Source: Anolis carolinensis (lineage: Eukaryota). From it: 64,000 nt of DNA. The notes beneath the pieces were generated by a model, which saw only the letters and a list, made by a program, of their open reading frames with translations, made no database searches and was not told where the DNA came from. Positions 34,201 through 58,700 of the stretch are shown one piece after another. Positions within the stretch are counted from its first letter, which is position 1. Each line of letters starts with the position of its first letter. A program made the position numbers and the translations under genes. The stretch is taken from positions 211,862,155-211,926,154 of the forward strand of contig NC_085841.1 in assembly GCF_035594765.1 (NCBI RefSeq). Reading direction: 5' to 3'.

Positions 34201-37200
34201 AAATGCTAACCTGACTCTCCTCACCTCTAATAAACAAATACCAGCTTTTTGGCTCTATCCATTCTTCTTGGATTACCTGAACCTGATCATGGATACTCCC
34301 TCCATAAATATTCACATCCTTTTAAAATATTGCCTCATTTTATGGCACACACATAGTTTCCCTATGCAAATTCCCTGGTCTGACCCTCTAAAGTCAAGTA
34401 TTTTCTTACTTTCATTGGTACAGTCGGCATGATATCCCCCTTTGCCTTATTATTTGCTTCAAAAGTGCTCACATGAAAATTTGCAATGTCCTTGTGTGAA
34501 ACTGAACAAGACTGAACAATTGAAATTAACATTCCTAGCACTTTTATCAAATGCATTAAATCTAATGTTTTCACCTTTCTCAAATGCATTACTTGCTCCA
34601 AGAAGCTCTGTTTCCTTTCTTCGGAAAGGAAGACATAGGATGCATCTGTTCTACATTTTAACTGCCATGGTTCAATACTATTGAATCCTGGGAGTTGTAG
34701 TTTGGTGAAGAACCAACCCATTATAGCAGAGAATGCTAAAAATCTGGTAAAATTACGACTCACAGGATTCCCGAGTCTGTTCTATTAACTACTGCTCCTT
34801 TGAAACTTGTTGCCCACCAGACTTCATACCTGCTCCCCACAGATGTTCTAAACTCATTGCCATGTCATGATTTCTAACATTCATTGTAGTCAGTTTGACA
34901 TCTGACCTTCCTAGCTTTAAATTAAAATGAGTTTCGCATTGTCTGATGTCTCATTCATGCTCAAGCTCTGGTTTGTTCAAGCAACAAGAATCAACCCATA
35001 GTTTGATCCTGATGTTTTAACAAGCTGATGGTTATCCATTGACTAAATTAACCAGTTTCCTCAAATCCAGATACAATAGGGAATTCTAATTGGCCTGTAA
35101 GCAGAAACAGATTCTTCTGATGTCCTCACAGCCACACCACAAGAAACAAAGGAGAGAACATGTAAACTCAAGGCTCATTACTGGTTGTGCTTTTTGACCT
35201 AGAATCCTGTAAGTCCTTGGACTTCACACTGAGGAATCCGATCTGCAAGGGAAAAGCAATGGCTATGATATCTACTTCATGTGCTGAAATGAATGAAAGA
35301 ACTCTTGTGAGAGGAAAAGCTCCATCTCTATGGTGAAGACACACTGTGGCCATCATAAATGGAAGTATCATATCAAACTAAGGAAAATTAGAAAACAATG
35401 CATAGATAAGGCACATTAAATATCTGAGAACATAAATGATACTGGACCAAACAAAAAACCTAAATATATTAGCATTCTCATCACACAATGGCAAACCAAT
35501 TCCTATGCAAACACCCAAAAAACTACACAGATGTAACTACAGCCCCTAGTATTCCTGAGCACTGATATGCAGATTCAGATAGTCCATCTTCTTCTAAAGT
35601 CTTAAAAAAACCTTTTAAAAGCCATCATTCCATCACATGCTAGTTAATTTCACATATATGGAATATGTTAAATGTTTACTTGAACCAGCATATAAAAATC
35701 GTAGGATCAGGTCAATTAGCTTTGACCCCCATCCCATCTCTCTTTTAGCAAAAGGTCTCATTCACATGTGTCAAATGCAATACCCACGGACCAAATCTGG
35801 CCAACCACATCATTTTATGTGGCTTGTGAAGCTTTCAATGACAGGGTAACATAGTTATATTTATAAACTCTTACCATTACAAATGGTCCTTTGAAAGCAA
35901 CCCTAAGGCTGATGTGGCCTTTGGTGAAAATGGGTTTGACACCCCTGGCATGCTACGATCAAATGCTGTCCAACTAAATGTCTCAGTTGTGCTGTTACAA
36001 CAGAGTGGCACAGTGCTACAATTTCTGTTATAAAATCAACACAACCCACTTTACTTTGCATGTACATTTCTTAGGCCAACAAAGCATTAATCAATTCTAT
36101 TTGAAATATTTAAAAAAGCTTTTTTTGGGGGGGGGGGGGGTATAGTGGAAATGAGAACATGCTAGTATTATCTAGAAAGCAGGATGGAAAAATTATGGGC
36201 TACATTATTAAGCATTCATGGACCTTTAATTAGTAATGATGCTGAATTAGGATACAGAAATGCAAAACTTTTAGAGACCAAAAGATAATGAATTTAAAAG
36301 ATAGCTTTCCAAAAGTCCACATAAAAGCAATGTCTTTTAGTATGTGGACCTAATCTTTTAAAATCTATTTACCCCTTTGCAGAACTAAACAACAATGAGA
36401 AACAAGAGAAAAGATTTATACCTGGAAAAAGTATGACTGGAAAGGCGCTTCCTTGTTCTCTTCATCCACATACAGTCCTCCCACCACATAGACCTGCTTC
36501 TGTTTTGTGACAATGCTGGAATGATTTCTAGGAATCTGTTCTGACAGTGCTGCCAGGTAACATTCATTCTCTGTAGGGTCATATGCCACCGAAGCAGTAT
36601 CATTGATGAGAAGAATGAGCTCTTTGGTAAACATCCCATGCCTTGGAATATCATTCAAACAACCAGGGAGTAAGTCCTCATCCCCGACATCACCATTAAC
36701 CTCTCCTTGGGTTGACTTTCCTGCACCTTTGGTAGGTTCAGGCATTTTCCCAGCAAAGGCATCTTTTATTACCTTGATCTTTTTGGAAAGATCGGGGTTG
36801 CTTTTGATTATATCATCTTTTTCAACATGCTCTTTGAAGTATTTCTCATCCATCAACCGAAAGCGGATACAGTCAAAGATCTCTCCAAGAGTCTTCATTC
36901 TGTTTTCTTTATCTTTTTTCACCCACCTCATTACGGCTTCAAAAACCACTTCCTCCTTTTCAACGTTCAAGCCGTCCTGTGAAATAACCGAGATGAGTTC
37001 ATGGGGAGCAAGCTGTATGAAATCCTCTTCTTTGCAAATCTTCACGAAGTGGTCTGACACAAAATCGCGAGCAGAAAGTGCAAGTCTTGGGCAGTCGAGG
37101 AGAATACCCAGCCTAAGGATGGCCAGGCAGTTACCTACAGCAAGCCTCTTCTGAAGATAGGAAACACACACAGTGAACACGGAGGGGATTTGAAAGCGGC

Positions 37201-37531
37201 TCGCCAAGGCAAAAATATCTTGAACGTTCGAATCATTGAGGTCAATACTGGCAGAATAAAGGTACTTCACAATCATGTCAAGGGTGAGAGGGTCAACATT
37301 GTCAAGGACTACCTCTTTCTTTTTCTCCTCACTTTGCTCAGATAAGAAGTACTCCCGGAAGTAAGGACTACAGGCTGACAGAATCAGTCTGTGGCATGGA
37401 AGGCTTTTATCTCCAGCTTTAAGGGAACAATCAACAAACCTTTTCTCTTCCAAAAGCTCCCTGAGGCCATCTTGCAGAAGAGTGGATTGGTAAAGCCGAA
37501 GCTCTTCAGTGAGTTCTCTTTGAGAATCCAT
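25122..37531 (-). CDS. KLHL41: Kelch-like protein 41 (sarcosin/KBTBD10), BTB-BACK-Kelch, spliced gene span, 606 aa
   Basis: Exons 37531-36422, 32611-32454, 32071-31964, 30095-29910, 27101-26955, 25233-25122 total 1821 nt in phase. Starts [23 protein letters not shown] and ends NMFKLSKL*. Confidence 0.97.
25782..26101 (+). mobile_element. Sauria SINE
   Basis: tRNA head, conserved body, ACCTTTACC tail. Confidence 0.88.
26190..26515 (+). mobile_element. RTE LINE 3' fragment
   Basis: [22 protein letters not shown]2H2-like terminus typical of RTE elements. Confidence 0.7.
26955..27101 (-). CDS. KLHL41: KLHL41 exon 5
   Basis: [48 protein letters not shown]; AA|gtaagt. Confidence 0.93.
28034..28376. 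mobile_element. Tigger-like MITE
   Basis: TA-CAGTG...CACTG-TA inverted termini. Confidence 0.7.
29170..29400 (+). mobile_element. CR1 LINE 3' fragment (diverged)
   Basis: Homologous to 15937-16275. Confidence 0.75.
29910..30095 (-). CDS. KLHL41: KLHL41 exon 4
   Basis: [30 protein letters not shown]...AFDLTTN. Confidence 0.93.
30608..30935 (+). mobile_element. Sauria SINE
   Basis: Full length, (ACCTTT)n tail. Confidence 0.88.
31964..32071 (-). CDS. KLHL41: KLHL41 exon 3
   Basis: [35 protein letters not shown]; AA|gtgagt. Confidence 0.93.
32454..32611 (-). CDS. KLHL41: KLHL41 exon 2
   Basis: [52 protein letters not shown]. Confidence 0.93.
32871..33200 (-). mobile_element. Sauria SINE
   Basis: Full-length reverse copy; candidate TSD GTGCTATA 32863-32870 / 33256-33263. 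Confidence 0.88.
33517..33822 (-). mobile_element. Sauria SINE
   Basis: Reverse copy. Confidence 0.85.
36422..37531 (-). CDS. KLHL41: KLHL41 exon 1 (BTB, BACK, first kelch repeat)
   Basis: 370 codons of the 371-aa ORF; CAG|gtataa. Confidence 0.96.
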
Positions 37532-37629
37532 TTTGTGGGAGATCTGGACAAGGAGCTGAGAGAGAGCCCTCTTGTTGGTACTTAGGTCTGCCTGGAAAAG
37601 GCAGATCAGTGCACTTTGCCCGGCTTGAA

Positions 37630-37760
37630 GGTCCTGTAATTTAATCTTGACGTCTAAATATAGATACAGACTTTCACAAATTGGAATTTCGGATGGATGG
37701 TATGGAAAGAAGAGCAGGGCTTGCAGCTGTTATGGGTTGAAAGAAGCAACTGTTGCTTTT
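37630..37760 (-). promoter_or_regulatory. KLHL41 muscle promoter
   Basis: Perfect MEF2 site CTAAATATAG 37654-37663 abutting TGACGTC 37648-37654; E-boxes CAGCTG 37724-37729 and CAACTG 37747-37752, 120-220 bp upstream of the ATG. Confidence 0.7.
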
Positions 37761-39041
37761 AGTCACTAAGGAATCAGTTTTACTTGGTTACACACATTGA
37801 ATCACTGAGATTACTTATAGAATATACTTAGAACCTTACATTAGCAAGGAGTCAAAATTAGATCCAAAGGGAGTTGCTATGAAATAGGTCTCAAAATCAT
37901 TCTTGTTGCTACCCTCAAACATGATTTGAAAATATGGAATCATCAGACAAACGTATGATGTTCATTCATAAAAACATTTAAAATATAATATTATAGACAA
38001 ATGAAGGCAGTTCATACTCCTAGAAAAATAAACTATGTAATCAATATCTGAAAGGTTATTTATGTCCTGTTAACTTATTTGGCTGTCACACAATGGTAAA
38101 GGTTAATTGGCTGAAAGCACTGACCAACTATTCAATGAAAGAGAGAGAAAAGAAAGAATATGAGTATACAACAGTAACAATAAAAACGTGGATCAAGTCC
38201 CAAAATTTTAATGCACTTTAATAATCTTGTTAGTGCTTAACACGTGGGCTAGACATAAATGCCCATCCATACAGGGCTGTGCTGCACAGCATATAACACC
38301 TAAAATGGGCTCAATACAAAAGAGCATCCCCAGAAGCAAACAAAACATACAATGCTTAATAACAAATTCTTAAGTTCTAATTTATAGGAATAGTATTGTA
38401 TTTGGTATTCAAATTTGGTTTTTCCAGATGTTTGGGACTTCAGTTCCCAGAATTCTGGTTTGTTGGCCAAGATGGTTGGGGGGTTTGGTAGTTGAAATCC
38501 AAAAAACCTAAAGGACACAAGTTTAGAGACCACTGGGCTATGAGTTTGAAAACACTGAGAGAGTTAGAGAAGGAATGTGGTTACAACTGAGTGTAGCAAT
38601 TACAGTAGGACCAGCATTGTTTAATTGTCTCTTCAGGACACATAGGAAGAGTTTAAAACAGCTACATTTGGGCAAACAAACTTCGAAGTCCTCATTTGAA
38701 AACAGTTTGCAAGGCATTATAGGTACCAAATGACAAGAATCATTCAGAAGTATCACATCTTTTCTCATTTTATTTTGTTAAATAACACAATTTAGACGTA
38801 TATGAAATCAATACAAATATTCTAAGCAAATAATTTAAAACTTAAAGCACCATATACATATTAAAATACAGTACATAAATATATCTTACAAATATAATTC
38901 CTATAGTAAACTATACACTGTACATAATTATCTGTTCTTTCACAAAATCTCCATAAACAGGTATTTTAGCCTCTTTGTTAAAAAGTACTGGGGCATGACT
39001 AAGCGTACTTATTTATATATTAAAAATTGTTTAAATGAATG

Positions 39042-52780
<13,739 letters not shown>

Positions 52781-53077
52781 GCCGACTATCAACCTTTCCC
52801 TTCAGCGTCCCCGAGATCTTCCTTGGCAACTTCTTGACGGGCGCAGACGAGGGACAAAGTGCCTCAGCGGGCAGAGGAAGTGGGGCCCCTCTGTGCGCAT
52901 GCGCGAAGGTCTCTGTGTTCGAGGTGGTTGATGTGCTGGGAGACTGTTTTTCTCTAAGCCTGTGAGGTTCTCCCTCCCGGAGAGTTTGGCCTGGATCCCC
53001 TCTCTGTTTTAGTTTCTCCTCCCCTTCCTGCCTTGCACTCTTGACTAAATTGGCCTCTTTCCAGCGACAACTCTTCA

Positions 53078-53665
53078 GGTTGCTGTGAGTTTTTTGGGCT
53101 GTATGGCCATGTTCTAGAAGCATTCTCTCCTGACGTAGAATCATAGGCCATCCAGTCCAAACCCTTGCCAAGAAGCAGGAAAATCACATTCAAAGCACTC
53201 CCAGCCATCCAGAGAAGCCATTGAAATCCACAAGCATGTGGACAACTTAAACAGAAAGGAGGAAACCATGAAAATGAACAAAATCTAGCTACCAGTATGA
53301 AACGCAAAAATCAGAACAGTAGATGGGAAGCAACACTTTGAGGGCAAAGGAGCCCCAGGGACGGCTAATGACTCTGAACAAAGGATGCCCCCAGGCAAGA
53401 GACAAACCTTTCCAATGCTAATTAGGGTGATTAGCTGCAACATTAACGCTGGCTTCCAACTGACAAAGGACTTTTGTCACACCCTGGACTCTCCACAGAT
53501 ATATATTTACCTTCCTTGCCTAGTTTCTCCATGCCTCACAACCCCTGAGGATGCCTGCCATAGATGTGGGCGAAACGTCAGGAAAGAATACTTCTGGAAC
53601 ATGGCCACACAGCCCGAAAGTCATACAACAACCCTGTGATCCCAGCCATGAAAGCCTTCAACAAC
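53078..53665. mobile_element. Penelope-like element (short inverted pLTR piece plus plus-strand 3' part) with a CR1 tail fragment between
   Basis: EAIEIHKHVDNLNRKEETMKMNKI remnant at ~53210-53300; pLTR homologous to 1430-2830. Confidence 0.75.
53542..53582 (+). ncRNA. Minimal hammerhead ribozyme motif in a Penelope pseudo-LTR (stem I mismatch)
   Basis: ccc-CTGAGGA-t-GCCTGC-catagat-GTGGGC-GAAA-CG-TC-agg. Confidence 0.55.
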
Positions 53666-54247
53666 ACATCCAGCCTCAGCTTAAAACACTCCAAAGAAGG
53701 AGCCTCCACCACAGTCCAGGGCAGAGAGTTCCACTGCCGAACAGCCCTCACTGTGAGGAAGTTCTTCCTAATGTTCAGGTGGAATCTCCTTTCCTGTAGT
53801 TTGAAGCCGTTTTTCCATGTCCTAGTCTCCAGGGCAGGAGAAAACAAGCTTGCTCCCTCCTCCCAATGACTTCACCTCACATATTTATACATGGCTGTCA
53901 TGTCTCCTCTCCTTCTCTTCTGCAAGGCTAAACATGCCCAGCTCTTCAAGCCGCTCCTCATAGGACTTGTTCTCCAGATCCTTGATCATTTTGGTCACCC
54001 TCCTCTGGACACTTTCCAGCTTGTCAACATCTCCCTTCAATTGCGGTGCCCAGAATTGGACACAGTGTGATTCCAGGTGTGGTCTGACCAAGGTAGAATA
54101 GAGGGGTAGTATGACTTCCCTAGATCTAGACACTATACTCCTATTGATGCAGGCCACAATCTTGTTGGCTTTTTTAGTAGCCGCATCACATTGTTGGCTC
54201 ATTTTTAACTTGTTGTCCACGAGGACCCCAAGGTCTTTTTTCACATG
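53666..54247 (-). mobile_element. CR1 LINE ORF2 fragment
   Basis: [17 protein letters not shown]...LVRPHLE...VQRRVTKMI and RNGFKL...RKNFLTVRAV. Confidence 0.92.
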
Positions 54248-55726
54248 TAAGTTTTGGGAAACTTAGTTTAACACCTGATTGGCACTAAAGCTAACATTTT
54301 AACAAAATTGGAGACATGATGATGGGGAGGTTTAAACCACTTGGCATGGAATGACCTGGGAGACAATGTTTGCTGGTGGGTATTAGAGCTGAGAAGGGCT
54401 CCTTGATTAAACAATAGCAATTGATAGCAATCCCTGGATGATGGGCTTGGGATTTCCTTTGGGGAGAATTGTGTCCCCATAGGATCAATATGCTTCCTGG
54501 TTGAATTTGCATTCAGGACTCAATTCTGGGGCTGTGTTGAAGAGGACATTCTGGTACCTAGAGCCCATTATATGGAGATGGTGAAAAGGAGAAATTGGTA
54601 GGTGGTGTTTTCCTGCTTCTGAAGCCAAACTGAGTAACCGGAAATCATTTACCTGAACCTCCACTTTTTGGGGTCCCATTTTTGAATAACAGAGCTACAC
54701 AAAGAAAATAAAAATCTGGGCAATTCTGGGAATATATGCTAGTATTCTTTTTGGAACAGTATTTTTAAAAAACAGTCCCGTTGTATGTTTGCTTTTTTCC
54801 TTTCATCACAATTAGGATATTATTTTTCTTGGTATAATTTTGAAAAAAATATTCTGAGTTCCAAAAGCATTCCTTTTCAAGAACAGTTAACACACACTGT
54901 CTCATTCTGAATTAAGAAGGGAAAAAGAGATTTTATTTTTACTTACATTGCCATAATAAAAACAGAAACCAACCATTGCAGAAGTGAATTGGTATATATT
55001 TAATTCACAAAATATATTGTACACATTTACTGTAGATATACAAAGCCCAACAAACAAATAAACAAACAAACTTATTTAGATTAATAGGTTTTCTGACACG
55101 CTGTGCATGATACTCAACCAGTCTTGTATCAGCTGCTGCTGCTTCTAACTATGATTTAGCAGCAGGGTTTGCTTGTATCCTTGGTATGTTCCCACTATCT
55201 ATCCTCAGTCATATGTGTTGAGAATCTGAGTGTCGAGGAATGAGTCATATTAGGTATTTTCCAACCAAGACACTTGATTCGAGCTTCCCTCTTCCTCACA
55301 GCCCTCATGGAGTTTTCTCCACTGGATCCTTGCTACTCATAAAAATAACATCCCATCTTTTATTGCATTTCTCACTAAAGAACATGGATAGGTTCCCCTG
55401 AATCAACATATACAGTAAAATAAGACTTGTACCCGTTTGCTCATAAGAGTGGCCTATTGTTCTCTGCTGTTTTTTATTCAATATTACTTTAAACCCAAAC
55501 ACATATGGTCCATCAAGTGTCCAAACACTGTTGGGACATTATCTTTTCGATTCAACAATATGGTATACATTCTCTCATTGACTTTCATAGGACTACACAA
55601 GAGTAAGTGGCGTAAGGATAGTAATCTATCCTTTTAGTAAGTACATTTTAAAAGTATGCATTAAAACTCCACTTTTCAGGTCAAAAGGAGTCCTGTGGAA
55701 TTCAGGCTGATTTCTGTTAATATCCT

Positions 55727-55734
55727 TCAGACAC
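55727..55734 (-). CDS. Candidate terminal coding bases (G|GT GTC TGA) of the COL28-like gene, followed by 3' UTR to about 54980
   Basis: Strong acceptor ttatcttgcctattttatag|; phase matches the Kunitz donor; minus-strand ATTAAA at 54998-55003 preceded by TGTA elements. Confidence 0.55.
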
Positions 55735-58700
55735 CTATAAAATAGGCAAGATAAATAATTTGCATTAATATGTATGGATGCAAAACAAAGTGTAACCACA
55801 CGATGCATCTAAAAACTGAACACTAATTTCCAGTTACTATAAATACTATTTTCCTATTGTAACTCAATGAGCCATCATCACTCCATTTAAAAATAAAAAT
55901 ATGTACCATCTTCCCCCCTCTTCCCTTTTCTGTTCACTGGTGCCCGCTTTGAAGAGTTGGGTTTTTTAATTCATGTGAAAAGCATTGCATAAATAAATAA
56001 GTTTAAAACTGGTAAAATAAAGGGATCACAAGCAGCTAAATAGCTTTAAACAGTTCTTCCTCTGTGCATGAGGCAGGGCATTGTGGGCAAGCATACAGAT
56101 GCTGAGTTTGTTCTGTTCCACTGTCACACAAGGTAGAGGATTCTTCTAGGTAGTGCCATTTTGCCAGGTTGCCTTTTGATTTGCCAACTCCACTTCTGAG
56201 TCTGTTCAGGGACTTCCAAGTTGCCCATTCTTGGTTTGCCCCTGTAGGAAGACCCTCATGGGGGGGGGGGGGGACCCAGTTGGGATTTCCTGGTTTAGCT
56301 GCCCAGAGGGATGCTCTGGCAGTTGCTGGAGGAACATTAAGAGGAGTGGTGGTTCTCACGAAGCTTTTCCTTGATTTGAGTCTACTGGGAGGAGGCTGAT
56401 AGTCATGCAATGGATGGCTTTCACAATGTTCAACCTTATTTCTCTCACAGTTAGCAGCAACTTCCTGTCGCACATGGGGGGGGGGGGGGGCAATGCCAGC
56501 TAACTTGTAGAGTTTATCAACAGGTGTAGGTTTAAGGCATCCTGTGATGATTCTGCATGTTTCGTTCAGTGCTATGTCCACCTGCTTTGCATGGGCAGAC
56601 TTGTGCCAGACAGGACAGGCGTACTCAGCAGTTGAGTAAGACAAGGCCAGGGCTGATGTTCTTATTAATTGTGGATCTACATTACCAGTAAGTTTCCACA
56701 GGATGTTGTTGCGTGCAGCTACTTTGTGCTTGGTGTTCGCACAGTGTTTCCTAAAAGTTAGCGGTCGATCTAAGGTGAGAATATTTAAGTTTGGGTGATG
56801 AAAGCACAAACACTGCTTCTTTGCAAATCTTGCCAGGAAAAACTATTTGGTGTGTTAATTTTAGAATCGTCATACACCAGAAATGACTTAAGGACACATC
56901 ACAACAACAACAACAACAACAACAACAACTCCCTATAAAGGAGGGTTGGCTGCAAATGTGCTTGTGTCATTTTCCATCATGGGAATGGCCTTGAATGATC
57001 TGCTTCATTTGTATTCATATAACAAGGAAAACCATGGAGATACTGGTATAAAATTGGTTAAACTTTTTTAGGTTAGTTGCATTTTCCCAGTCCTATAATA
57101 ATCCTATCCATGTCATAAAGAGCCCTCTTTACAAAAGGGAGTCTGAGCCAGCTGGATATATTTTAAAAGTGTATAGGAACCAAAATTTGGCCATGCCATT
57201 GTGATAATTCAGATAGAAAATTTCCCAATACACCAAGGAACCTTACTGGGAAATAAAAAGACACCAATAAATAACTAAGAACGTTCTGCTATTTTCTAAT
57301 ACTAAAAGTTAGCTGCCTGGTATAGTTGTTTCATTGTGGTACAGCCAGCCCTCTTTACAATGTCAATTGTATATAATGAGATTTGAACATCCATGGATTT
57401 GGGTATCCACATTGGTCCTTGAACCAAACCCTAGTGAATATTGAAGGCCCACTGTAATCACCACTGCCATGTATAGTCACAGATATACATCTCAAAGACC
57501 GTCGCCAAGGATAATTTTAATTTTTCATATTTTCTTTCTTAGATGCTGATTTTAATAAGGGGGAAAATGAACTATATTTGAGGTCCTTAAATGTTCAAAA
57601 CTTTGGAAGCACAAATATAATGTACTTTTGAAAAATACAAGAGATAAGTCATTTTAATTGTAGAAACAGTTATTGGTTCTTACCTCCAGAGAAAAATACA
57701 CAGGTCTTTTTGCATTCCTCTTCAGTTTCAAAGCGATTCTCATTTCCATCACAACCACCATACCAAAACTGAGCACAGGAATTGGCTTGCTTGTCATAAT
57801 ACCATTTTATTATATATACACGGCAGGATCCTTGATCTAATCTTAACTTACACTGTGGAGGACTCAGGATATTTTCTTAGAGAAACAAAAACAAAGCACT
57901 GCATTGGTTTTTTTCCTTTTTTTCTTTTTTATGGCCCAACGGCAGGCCTCCAAAAATTGCTATCACTTTTAAACATTTTTTCCCCAATTATGCTGAAAGT
58001 GAATTAATTTTTCCAACCCAAAAGCATTGCATTGGTTTTTTTTTTACTTTCAAGAAATAATTATCGCAATAAAGTTGCAATTAAAAGAACCAATATCAAT
58101 GTAATATTGCCAGTTAAATGTATAGATTTTGTCAGAGAGAGAGTGTGTGTGCACCCAAAGTGTTTTGCAAAGTTGAACAATCCCCCAGATCTTCAAAACA
58201 TTAGCTACAACTGGAAGAAAAATTGATTTGACAGGCATATATTGGTACTTTACAAATGAAAATCAGGCAAGTGGTCAAGCAGTGTCATAAAGAACAAATA
58301 AGGTAGGAGAGGCTGTCGCGGGTTTGTCGTTACTAACAATTTACTATAGGCTTTTTGCTAAATAATAGCAAGGATCTGAATAATTTTCTTACAATAGTAA
58401 AACAGCTGTTCTGGCTTAGTTGGGTGTGTTCTCTGGTTACTGTATAAAACAAAGCATTAAGTTTGTAGTTTTTAGCTTAACTTAGCTCTGCTTAGATCTG
58501 GTAGCTCACGGGGGTAGTTGTTTTGTTGCCGGGAGCTTTTATGCGGCGTTTGGAAGCTGAAAACAAGCTGAAGTCAATGTCAAGAAAGACTGCTTATCTG
58601 CATGCCATGTTTACTATGTTTATTTCCTGTCATTGTAGAAGACTCACTCAAGAAAGTGTTTGTTATTATACTGTGGGGAGATCAACTACTCTGATTTGTT

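Noticed and set aside
36603-37154. 183-aa plus-strand ORF
   Set aside because: Antisense shadow of KLHL41 exon 1; no independent coding signal
56036-56809. 257-aa ORF as a host gene
   Set aside because: Truncated Vingi-type LINE ORF lacking the RT core
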